Source: an uncultured Clostridiaceae bacterium
GTDB lineage: Bacteria > Bacillota > Clostridia > Clostridiales > Clostridiaceae
NCBI GenBank assembly: GCA_963780135.1
Contig: CAWAAR010000003.1
Coordinates: 3,709,701-3,733,700, forward strand
Direction: 5' to 3'
DNA: 24,000 nucleotides
Each line of letters opens with the position of its first letter. Position 1 is the stretch's first letter. Shown in pieces: positions 10,142-18,058 of this stretch. Both the position numbers and the translations under genes were made by a program. The notes under the pieces are model-generated. The model was not told the origin of the DNA, did not search any database, and saw only the letters and a program-made list of their open reading frames with translations.

Positions 10142-10590
10142 TTACGTGCAAGCACACGCGTTCCCTTTCCTAATATAGCTTCAATATAAAATTCGTCCAT
10201 TATCCTTTTCACACTTGGCAGTCCTAAGCCTAGGCTATGAGGTAAAGAACTGTACTGTTCTTGCATGGCAAGCTCAATATCCATTATTCCAGGACCATTA
10301 TCCTTAGCAAATATTTCAATACCTACACGGCCATCATTTATATTTCTTATAAAACTAATAGTTATTTCACCTTTTTTTGCATATCGAATTATATTTGTTG
10401 ATAATTCAGATGCTGCAGTAGCAATCATAACCTCATCCGTACGCATAAAACCAGCTTTTACAGCCATCTGCCTTGTAACAAATATGATATGCCCATTATT
10501 ATGATCTTCTGCAAGCTTAACAAGAACCATATCCAATAAGCTCACAGTTTTGCCTGCAAAAATAGTAAAGCCATCTTCTATTTCATCCAT
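10129..10590 (-). CDS. rsbT: RsbT-like stressosome serine/threonine kinase (GHKL)
   Basis: N-box ASELSTNIIRYAKKG, G1 DNGPGI, G2 SLGLGLPSVKRIMDEF, C-term GTRVLARKW, matching RsbT family; gene order R-S-T-X. Confidence 0.9.
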   Translation of the reverse strand: MDEIEDGFTIFAGKTVSLLDMVLVKLAEDHNNGHIIFVTRQMAVKAGFMRTDEVMIATAASELSTNIIRYAKKGEITISFIRNINDGRVGIEIFAKDNGPGIMDIELAMQEQYSSLPHSLGLGLPSVKRIMDEFYIEAILGKGTRVLARKWKR

Positions 10591-10616
10591 TAATAAGCAC
10601 CTCTGATTTTATTAAA

Positions 10617-10985
10617 TTAAGTCTTTGATACTAGTTTAAATCCCTGTTCTAAGTTAATAGCAGCTTTTATACCACTAACATCTACATTTAAATCTAATAG
10701 TGCTGACACAACTCCGGGTTTAAGACCAATCCATACAACATTAACTCCCATAAGTGAAATTGCTTTTGAAGCTTTTTGTAAAAACTTAAATGTATAAGAA
10801 TCCATTCCTTTTAACATACTTAAATCAAGTATAGCACTAACTATTGAAACGTTATTAGCTTTTGTTATTATTCTGCTAATACCTAGTTCTATCTCTTTAT
10901 CAGTAATTTCACTTGGCAGTGTTACAATAAGACACCCTTCTACTACTGTCACTGATGTTTTAAAATCATAATCAAACTCTATCAT
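10617..10985 (-). CDS. rsbS: RsbS-like STAS-domain stressosome scaffold protein
   Basis: Single STAS domain; SAILDLSMLKGMDSYTFKFLQKASKAISLMGVNVVWIGLKPGVVSALLDLNVD with the Ser of the DS(F/Y) motif conserved; position between rsbR and rsbT. Confidence 0.88.
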   Translation of the reverse strand: MIEFDYDFKTSVTVVEGCLIVTLPSEITDKEIELGISRIITKANNVSIVSAILDLSMLKGMDSYTFKFLQKASKAISLMGVNVVWIGLKPGVVSALLDLNVDVSGIKAAINLEQGFKLVSKT

Positions 10986-10995
10986 AGCATCTTCC

Positions 10996-11808
10996 TTATA
11001 ATTCTTTTTTATGTTTCACTTCTAAATTAAGTATTGAAAAAGCTTCAGCCAAGGCATCGCTTAAAGTAGCCTTTGTTTTTATGCTTTCCATGTCAATTCC
11101 TAGTTCAATAATAGTTTGTGCCACTGCTGGAGATATCCCAGAAATTATACATTCACAGCCCATAAGTTTTGTAGCCTTCGTTATTTTAATAAGATGATTT
11201 GCTACAGCAGTATCTACAGCAGCAACCCCATGAATATCCATTATTATAACTTTAGAATATGTTTCCATTATTTTGTTTAGCATACTTTCCATCATATGCT
11301 GTGCTCTCATAGAATCAACCACACCTACAACCGGAAGAACCAGAACTCCTTCCCATAATTCTATAGTCGGTGTTGACATCTCACGTATGGTTTGGCTTTG
11401 TTCCCTTACTCTTTCTTCATATTGAACTCTTTCCATTATATCAATGATAAACTCAAGACCTCCAATTATATTATCATTTTCATCTTTTAAAGGAACAGAA
11501 AAATATTCCATAGGCATTTTCAAGTTATTAATTGTTACTTCATTTCGTGCAGAACACATTTTTCCACTTTCAATAGCTTTAATCATACAACACTGCTCCG
11601 TATTACAATGCAATGAATTAAAAAGGTCACAACACCTTTTGCCTAAAATGTCCTCCTTGCTTTTCTTTACAGTTTTTTGTCCCGCCTTATTTATATAAGT
11701 TACTCTTAATTCTTTATCCACTGCCATTACTGTAGTTGGTATTTGATCAAGAATCTGCATTTTTATCGTACTATTTGCTTCCTCAAAATTTTCAGTGATA
11801 TTATCCAT
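10996..11808 (-). CDS. rsbR: RsbR-like stressosome sensor: N-terminal cysteine-rich PAS + C-terminal STAS
   Basis: PAS (ILDQIPTTVMAVDKELRVTYINKAG..) and STAS (PVVGVVDSMRAQHMMESMLNKI..VDTAVANHL..GISPAVAQTIIELGIDMESIKTKATLSDAL); threonines of the VDT and AQT motifs conserved. RBS GGAGG upstream of ATG at 11808. Confidence 0.9.
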   Translation of the reverse strand: MDNITENFEEANSTIKMQILDQIPTTVMAVDKELRVTYINKAGQKTVKKSKEDILGKRCCDLFNSLHCNTEQCCMIKAIESGKMCSARNEVTINNLKMPMEYFSVPLKDENDNIIGGLEFIIDIMERVQYEERVREQSQTIREMSTPTIELWEGVLVLPVVGVVDSMRAQHMMESMLNKIMETYSKVIIMDIHGVAAVDTAVANHLIKITKATKLMGCECIISGISPAVAQTIIELGIDMESIKTKATLSDALAEAFSILNLEVKHKKEL

Positions 11809-12060
11809 CTTTTCCTCCTAATAATTTTTTATTTACTCATAACTAACCACTCTAATACTCCTATCTTATTAAGTTAATATAACATATCATACTCTCAATC
11901 TCAATTTATTTTTCAACTATCTAGTTTCCATATAATACAACTTATAACAAAGGTGTTTTTTTGTTTTTATTTTAGTTTACTTTAAATTTTAATTTACATA
12001 ATATTATATTTGTTAACTGCACTTAATAAAGCTTTTAATACTAAAAAATATTACATTAAA

Positions 12061-12111
12061 TTGAGAAAAACTCACCTTCATTGTCCTCTGTCAATTGATC
12101 TCTCAAAAAAA
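12061..12111 (-). repeat. Solo copy of a terminal repeat related to the element at 19457..19742
   Basis: Reverse complement TTTTTTGAGA-GATCAAT-TGACAGA-GGACAAT-GAAGGTGAGTTTTTCTCAA matches both ends of the 19.5 kb element (GAGA/AGA + heptamers + GAAGG + small hairpin). Confidence 0.7.
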
Positions 12112-12218
12112 GTTGTGTCACATCTTGCTTAAACTGCGAAAATTAAGTAATATAAGTTTAAGTAAACACAAAGTTTGTTAAAATCTAGCAACAAACTTAA
12201 AGGGAGGTGCAAAATAAC

Positions 12219-13337
12219 ATGAAAAAACTTTCTGAATGTATGGTGCTTATTGTTGATGATACGGAAGCTAATGTGGATATCCTTGTAGAAGCCTTTGGTG
12301 ACGATTATGAAATATCCGTTGCTATGGATGGAGAATCTGCTCTTGAAAATATAGGAATGGAATTGCCTGACATAATTTTATTGGATATTATGATGCCTGA
12401 TATGGATGGGTATGAACTATGCCGCCGTATCAAAGAAAATAAAGCTACTGCAGAAATTCCTATTATATTTTTAACAGCCATGACAGATATAGTAAGCAAA
12501 ACAAAAGGCTTTGAACTTGGTGCAGTGGATTATATAATTAAACCTTTTGAAATTCTTGAGGTAAAAGCTAGGGTACATACCCACCTGTCCTTGAGACTTG
12601 CACAATATGAGTTATCAAAGCAAAATGAACTTCTTGAGATAAAAGTAATAGAAAGAACAAAGGAGCTTAATCTTACCCAAGAAGCAACTATTGAAGCAAT
12701 GGCTTGTCTAGCAGAATATCGTGATCCTGAAACTGGAGGTCATATAAAACGCACAAAAAATTATATAAAAATATTGGCAGAGGAACTAAAAAAAACTTCA
12801 AAGTTCAAGGATATTTTGCTTAACGAAACCATAGAACTTTTGTACAAATCCGCACCTCTCCATGATATCGGCAAAATAGGTATAAGAGATGATATTTTGC
12901 TTAAAAATGACAAATTAACCCCTGAAGAATTTGAAGAAATGAAAAAACATACACTTTTAGGATATTACTCACTGTTAAAAGCTTCTTCAAAACTTGGTAA
13001 TAATTCTTTTTTAAAATGTGCAATGGAACTTACGCGCTCTCATCAAGAAAAATGGGATGGAACAGGTTATCCAGATGGTCTAAGGGGAGAAGATATTCCT
13101 TTACCTGGAAGACTTATGGCAGTGTCAGATGTTTATGATGCACTTATCAGTAAACGAGTCTACAAACCTGCTTTTTCTCATAAAAAAGCTGTTCAAATAA
13201 TTCTTGAAGGTAGGGGCCATCACTTTGATCCTGAGATTGTTGATGCATTCATGAATATTCATGAAGAATTCCGAAAAATTGCATATAAATATGCTGATTG
13301 TGAGGAAGAACGTACTGCCCTGAATAATTCAATTTAG
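12219..13337 (+). CDS. REC-HD-GYP response regulator, probable c-di-GMP phosphodiesterase
   Basis: REC ..ILLDIMMPDMDGYELCRRIKE.. then HD-GYP hallmarks: APLHDIGKIGIRDDILLK, KKHTLLG, SHQEKWDGTGYPDGLRGEDIPLPGRLMAVSDVYDAL, GHHFDPEIVDAF. Track ORF begins at a GTG at 12207 inside the RBS (GGGAGGTG); ATG at 12219 preferred. Confidence 0.94.
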   Translation: MKKLSECMVLIVDDTEANVDILVEAFGDDYEISVAMDGESALENIGMELPDIILLDIMMPDMDGYELCRRIKENKATAEIPIIFLTAMTDIVSKTKGFELGAVDYIIKPFEILEVKARVHTHLSLRLAQYELSKQNELLEIKVIERTKELNLTQEATIEAMACLAEYRDPETGGHIKRTKNYIKILAEELKKTSKFKDILLNETIELLYKSAPLHDIGKIGIRDDILLKNDKLTPEEFEEMKKHTLLGYYSLLKASSKLGNNSFLKCAMELTRSHQEKWDGTGYPDGLRGEDIPLPGRLMAVSDVYDALISKRVYKPAFSHKKAVQIILEGRGHHFDPEIVDAFMNIHEEFRKIAYKYADCEEERTALNNSI

Positions 13338-13358
13338 TTTTCAGCACCAAAAATTAAA

Positions 13359-13396
13359 CGGCTCTTGAAATCAAATTCAAGGCCGCTTGTTTTTTG
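13359..13396 (+). terminator. Rho-independent terminator after HD-GYP gene (possibly bidirectional with 13412 gene)
   Basis: CGGCTCTTGAA-ATCAAA-TTCAAGGCCG followed by CTTGTTTTTTG. Confidence 0.75.
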
Positions 13397-13411
13397 TTAA
13401 CAATATAAATT

Positions 13412-13612
13412 CTATTTATTATAAGATTTTTTTATTTCTCCAATATCCTTTCCACCAATACCAATATTCTCATCATCAAGTTCATGAATTACAACAGTAA
13501 ATGACTCCTTTGGAATCTTTGTAATTTCTGCTGTAGTTTCTGTGATGTTTTTGATAATTTCTCTTTTTTGTTCTTTTGTTAGTTTACCTATTTCTAATGA
13601 TATAACTGGCAT
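13412..13612 (-). CDS. 4-oxalocrotonate tautomerase family protein
   Basis: Starting at ATG 13612 the product is MPVISLEIGKLTKEQKREIIKNITETTAEITKIPKESFTVVIHELDDENIGIGG, with the catalytic Pro immediately after Met. Track start (13621, GTG) would bury that Pro. Confidence 0.88.
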   Translation of the reverse strand: MPVISLEIGKLTKEQKREIIKNITETTAEITKIPKESFTVVIHELDDENIGIGGKDIGEIKKSYNK

Positions 13613-13691
13613 AAAAAGCACTTCCCTTCATTTATATTTTATAATATCTTTAAATAATAAACAAATCATTATATACATTGTATCAAAGGAA

Positions 13692-13728
13692 AAACAGTTC
13701 AAAACACATTCAGTATTTTGAACTGTTT
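13692..13728 (-). terminator. Rho-independent terminator downstream of DUF2167-like gene
   Basis: Perfect 13-bp arms AAACAGTTCAAAA / TTTTGAACTGTTT, followed on the minus strand by a short T-rich run. Confidence 0.65.
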
Positions 13729-13737
13729 CTTAAATTA

Positions 13738-14736
13738 TTAATCTTTATTTTTTTCTTCAGTATCATTTATATGCTTATTGTCTTCTTGATTCTTTTCTTC
13801 AACATCATTTATTTGCTTATTGCCCTCTTTATTCTTTTCTTCATTATCATTTATATGCTTAAAAACATCATCTTCTTTTTCAGAAGGTTTCTTTTTAAAT
13901 ACACTTAATATTTTCTTAAATAATCCACCTATACCTAGAATTACTACTATCCATATTTTTTTAAATATAATTAATATTTTCGCAAATAAACCAGCTTTTA
14001 CAGCAGCCGCTCCTGCACCTCCTGCTATCAATGCTGTTAAACCTAAATCAGAAACTTTATCACCTTTCATGTAATCAGTGTATTTCTTACCTTCTTTGTA
14101 AGAATATTTACTGATTATCTTTTCTAATTGAGGTTTAACTTTGTCCATTTCATCTTTTCCTGCAACTAAAGTAACTTCAGTCACTCCACCACGTCCAAGA
14201 ATTCTTACGTTATAATTTACTAATTTTCCTTTATCATCACTACATAAAGTTGACCAAACCAGGTTATGGGTTTTTTCGTCATAATGTGGTTTTTCATCCC
14301 ACCCAATTACATTTAAGGTAGGTTGTCCTTTTTCCTTTCTCTTCTTATTATCTTCTTCTGTTCCCTCTTTTATATCTTTTAATAATTTGTCAGCATCTAT
14401 TTTTTTCCCTTGGTTATCTTTAACATACCCTATGGAATCAAATTCAAATAAAATATACCAATTCTGATTTTCATCTTTTGAAAAAACTATTCCCTGTTCT
14501 ATTCCAGTAACAGTGTTGTCCATTTTTTTCATTAACTTTTTTGCATCTTCTCCATTAGCAAAAATATAATCCTCTGGTAAATCCAATTTTCCTAAGTTGC
14601 TTCCTACATCTACTGTTTTAGGACCTTCTATCCATTTTACATCCGTTGGCGAAGATTCTCCCGCTGCACATACAGAACCTATATTAAATATGATTGCAGT
14701 TAGAATTAGTAATAAACATGTTAATTTCTTTTTCAT
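13738..14736 (-). CDS. DUF2167-like secreted/membrane-anchored protein with repetitive charged tail
   Basis: Signal peptide MKKKLTCLLLILTAIIFNIGSVCAA; VKWIEGPKTVDVGSNLGKLDLPEDYIFANGEDAKKLM, GWDEKPHYDEKTHNLVWST; C-terminal hydrophobic segments; tail of three ~14-aa repeats. Confidence 0.8.
   Translation of the reverse strand: MKKKLTCLLLILTAIIFNIGSVCAAGESSPTDVKWIEGPKTVDVGSNLGKLDLPEDYIFANGEDAKKLMKKMDNTVTGIEQGIVFSKDENQNWYILFEFDSIGYVKDNQGKKIDADKLLKDIKEGTEEDNKKRKEKGQPTLNVIGWDEKPHYDEKTHNLVWSTLCSDDKGKLVNYNVRILGRGGVTEVTLVAGKDEMDKVKPQLEKIISKYSYKEGKKYTDYMKGDKVSDLGLTALIAGGAGAAAVKAGLFAKILIIFKKIWIVVILGIGGLFKKILSVFKKKPSEKEDDVFKHINDNEEKNKEGNKQINDVEEKNQEDNKHINDTEEKNKD
13741..13860 (-). repeat. In-frame tandem repeats, period 42 bp (about 2.9 copies)
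   Basis: Encodes KHINDNEEKNKEGN / KQINDVEEKNQEDN / KHINDTEEKNKD. Confidence 0.85.
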
Positions 14737-15094
14737 AAGTTGTCTCCCCTTACTATTTTGATTTACGAAACCTTTTACACAATAAATACAAAATAAGACT
14801 TAACTTTACAATTTTTGAATTATTTATTGCTAGAAAATTATACCATGGATTTTTCACTAATGCAATATAAAATATTTAATCTTATTCAACTTTACATTAA
14901 AATAAATATATAACAATTTAAAAATGCCTTAAAGATTATTTCATGCTCAAATATGGTGCTTTTAATACTCATGTGCAGTGCATTAATAATAAACCTTCTA
15001 TGTTATTTGATTTTTTTATTATGGAATACAAATATGATAAATTTTTGATATACTTAAAATATGTATAAAATACTATTATTAAAGGAGAAAAACT

Positions 15095-15778
15095 TTGGAG
15101 AAAACAATAAGAGAAAAACTTTTTGAATTGTCAGATGAGGAGTATAAAAAATTTCACAGCAAATTGTGCCCTGGTACTTATAATATTATAGGAGTGAGAT
15201 TGCCTCTATTAAGAAAACTTGCTAAAGAAGTAGCTAAAGATAATTGGCGAAAATACATAAATGCAGCACAAAATGAATATTATGAAGAAATTATGCTTCA
15301 AGGTATAGTGCTTGGCTGTGCAAAAGCTGATGCTAACGAAAGGCTAAGTTACATTACAGATTTTATACCCAAAATTTATAATTGGGCTATTTGTGATAGT
15401 TTTTGTGCTGGGTTAAAATTTACAGAGACAAATAGATCAATGGTTTTAGAGTATCTTAAACCTTACTTATCTTCTGAAAAAGAATTTGAAATGCGTTTTG
15501 CTATTGTAATGCTTCTTGATTTTTATATAAAAGAAGACTATATAGACCAAGTATTGGTTCTATTAGATTCAGCAAAACATGAAGGCTATTATGTTAAAAT
15601 GGCTGTTGCTTGGGCTATTTCTCTTTGTTATATTAAATTCCCTGAAAAAACCATGGAATATCTAAAAAATAATACCTTAGATGATTTTACCTACAACAAA
15701 GCTTTGCAAAAAATCACAGAATCACTAAGAGTAGATAAGGAAACAAAAACTCTCATTAGGAGTATGAAGCGTAAATAA
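15095..15778 (+). CDS. AlkD-like DNA alkylation repair (HEAT-repeat glycosylase family) protein
   Basis: YNIIGVRLPLLRKLAKEVAKDNW, NWAICDSFCAGLKF, FEMRFAIVMLLDFYI, YYVKMAVAWAISLCYIKFPEKT. TTG start with AAAGGAG RBS. Confidence 0.85.
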   Translation: MEKTIREKLFELSDEEYKKFHSKLCPGTYNIIGVRLPLLRKLAKEVAKDNWRKYINAAQNEYYEEIMLQGIVLGCAKADANERLSYITDFIPKIYNWAICDSFCAGLKFTETNRSMVLEYLKPYLSSEKEFEMRFAIVMLLDFYIKEDYIDQVLVLLDSAKHEGYYVKMAVAWAISLCYIKFPEKTMEYLKNNTLDDFTYNKALQKITESLRVDKETKTLIRSMKRK

Positions 15779-15935
15779 TAATACAAATATAGTATTTTAT
15801 TTAATTACAAAATAGATGTGTTTTACCCATATATTGTACAGTTGATTTTAAATTCAAATAACATAACAATCACTGTAAATTGCTTATCTACACTGCTTGT
15901 TATGTTATTTTTCAAAATATTTAATAATGCAAAAC

Positions 15936-16436
15936 TTAGTTATCAAAAAATTCTTTGTGTGAAATATTTATATTATTATTAGCGCTTATTTTTAAATTAA
16001 AATTACCACCAGCATCTTTTCCAACAATTCTAACCAGATACTTTCCATTTTTAGGTGTAGTAAAATTTATATTTCCTTTATCTTCTGTTTCACTTTTTTT
16101 AGATACAATGTTATAGTCTGAATCTAAAACTACCACATAAAATTTACCTTTATTAATTTTTGTATTGTCATTTATAGTTACTTTATTGCCTTTGTCTGAA
16201 TTGAACTCCATTAAAGACCACTTACCTGTAAATTTACCAAAATCAAAACTTTGACCATCTTTAGTAATTTTTTCATTTTCATGACAATCAATACTTTTTT
16301 CATCTTCATTTCTACTTGATAAATAGCTATCTGAGATAATATAAGAAGAACTATTTTTATACATCTTTATTCCTATTACAGACCCTATTAATATAGCTAT
16401 CAAGCAAAAAATAACTATCTTGTTTCTTTTTTTCAT
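15936..16436 (-). CDS. Small membrane-anchored/secreted protein of unknown function
   Basis: 166 aa, single N-terminal TM/signal anchor (KIVIFCLIAILIGSVIGIKMY); C-terminal beta-rich region; lies after the histidine kinase gene on the same strand. Confidence 0.6.
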   Translation of the reverse strand: MKKRNKIVIFCLIAILIGSVIGIKMYKNSSSYIISDSYLSSRNEDEKSIDCHENEKITKDGQSFDFGKFTGKWSLMEFNSDKGNKVTINDNTKINKGKFYVVVLDSDYNIVSKKSETEDKGNINFTTPKNGKYLVRIVGKDAGGNFNLKISANNNINISHKEFFDN

Positions 16437-16564
16437 TGTATTATCACACCATTTCTACGTATTATTAGCTTATAAGTAAATGATATACTTCTTAAAATAT
16501 AAAATCAAGTAACTTTTTGTATTTTCAATTACTTAATCTATATATCCATAGCTTATAATTTTTT

Positions 16565-17986
16565 TCATACTGTTTCTATTTCCACTATCACCTTGGCTCC
16601 ACCTTTTTCATTATTTTTAACTTCAATACTTCCATTAAATTTATCTACTAAAGTTTTAACTATGTAAAGACCAAGTCCTGAGTGACCTTTTTCCTTTGAT
16701 CTTGATTCATCACCTTGATAAAATTTCTTAAAAATACTCCGAGTATCCTTGCTTGAAAATCCGCAACCTGTATCTGAAATGGAAAAAATCATTTTTTCTT
16801 CAGTTAAAGTTAAATTTAAATCTATACTTCCTCCTTCTGGAGTAAATCTTATACTATTAGAAATTAAATTATCTAGTATTTGAGAAAGTACATAACAATC
16901 CATATTTATTAGACTACTGCTTCTTTCGTCCCGAATTATACACTGAAAATTTATTTTTTTATTTTCTGTGAGTATATTATAATCAAAAGTTTTATCATTT
17001 ATAAATTCAATTATATTGCACTTTTTAAATTTAAGAGTAAAATCTGATTTTTCAATTTTAGTCAAAATATTCATTTTTTCTATTAGTTTAGTCATTCTAT
17101 CTGCATTCTTATTAATTAAACCTAAATATCTGTAAACTTTATCTTCTTCCAATCTTTTACTATCTATAAGACCTTCAACATGACCTTTAATTATAGTAAT
17201 TGGTGTTTTTAAATCATGAGCAATTGCAGATACCATTTCTTTTCTTTCTTGTTCCATTTGCCACTGCTGATTTAAAGATTTTTTAAGCTCAGATCTCATT
17301 TCCTCAAAGGATTTACAAAGCTTTCCTAATTCATCTTTACTATTGTAATTTATAGTAAAATCTAAATCTTTATTTTTTATTTTTTCAGCACCATCCATAA
17401 GCTGCTTTAAGGGTATTTTTAATTTTTTATTAAGTCTAGATGCAAAAATAGCAGTAAAAATTATAATATATATAAATGGAGATAAAATCATTATATTTTC
17501 TGAATACTTAACTATCCAATTATATTTAGGGTTAGAAGCACTACTTCTTAAATAATACTTAAAAATAACCATTCCTTGTACTTTACTTTTATATATAATA
17601 GGTACATATTTTATCATCTTTGGCGAGCTGCTTTTATCAATTTCAGCTTCTTTTCTTAATTTAACTGGATTAGGTACAATGTTTTCTTTAAAATATCCAT
17701 ATAATAATTCTCCTTTTGAATCTACTACTTCATATTCTATTCCTTGAAGAGATATTTTACTTTCCAAATTCTTTTTGAAATCCTTATTTAAAACTTTTTC
17801 TTTGTTTTCATTTATATATTTTTCAGCCTCTGGAACAAGGGCTTCATAATAGTTTGATTGTAATATTATACCTTTTTCTGTTAGCTTTAAATCTATGTAA
17901 ATTCCTACAAAAGTAAATACTATGCTCAAAATTAATACTGACAATATAGAAATAATAAATTGTTTTTTCAAAGTAATATTTTTCAT
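16565..17986 (-). CDS. Membrane sensor histidine kinase (HAMP-HisKA-HATPase)
   Basis: Two TMs, HAMP (NKKLKIPLKQLMDGAEKIKNKDLDFTI), HisKA (MVSAIAHDLKTPITIIKGHVEGL), HATPase (NLISNSIRFTPEGG, ISDTGCGF, GHSGLGLYIVKTL). Confidence 0.95.
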   Translation of the reverse strand: MKNITLKKQFIISILSVLILSIVFTFVGIYIDLKLTEKGIILQSNYYEALVPEAEKYINENKEKVLNKDFKKNLESKISLQGIEYEVVDSKGELLYGYFKENIVPNPVKLRKEAEIDKSSSPKMIKYVPIIYKSKVQGMVIFKYYLRSSASNPKYNWIVKYSENIMILSPFIYIIIFTAIFASRLNKKLKIPLKQLMDGAEKIKNKDLDFTINYNSKDELGKLCKSFEEMRSELKKSLNQQWQMEQERKEMVSAIAHDLKTPITIIKGHVEGLIDSKRLEEDKVYRYLGLINKNADRMTKLIEKMNILTKIEKSDFTLKFKKCNIIEFINDKTFDYNILTENKKINFQCIIRDERSSSLINMDCYVLSQILDNLISNSIRFTPEGGSIDLNLTLTEEKMIFSISDTGCGFSSKDTRSIFKKFYQGDESRSKEKGHSGLGLYIVKTLVDKFNGSIEVKNNEKGGAKVIVEIETV

Positions 17987-18058
17987 TTACATCCTACCTT
18001 TTTATTTTTATATACAAAACAAGCAAATTATATTACAATCTGCTTGTCTCATAAACAT

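Noticed and set aside
13678-13908. Plus-strand 76-aa hydrophobic ORF
   Set aside because: Antisense of the DUF2167-like tail repeats; the FFIIYML repeats are the reverse reading of the 42-bp tandem repeat.
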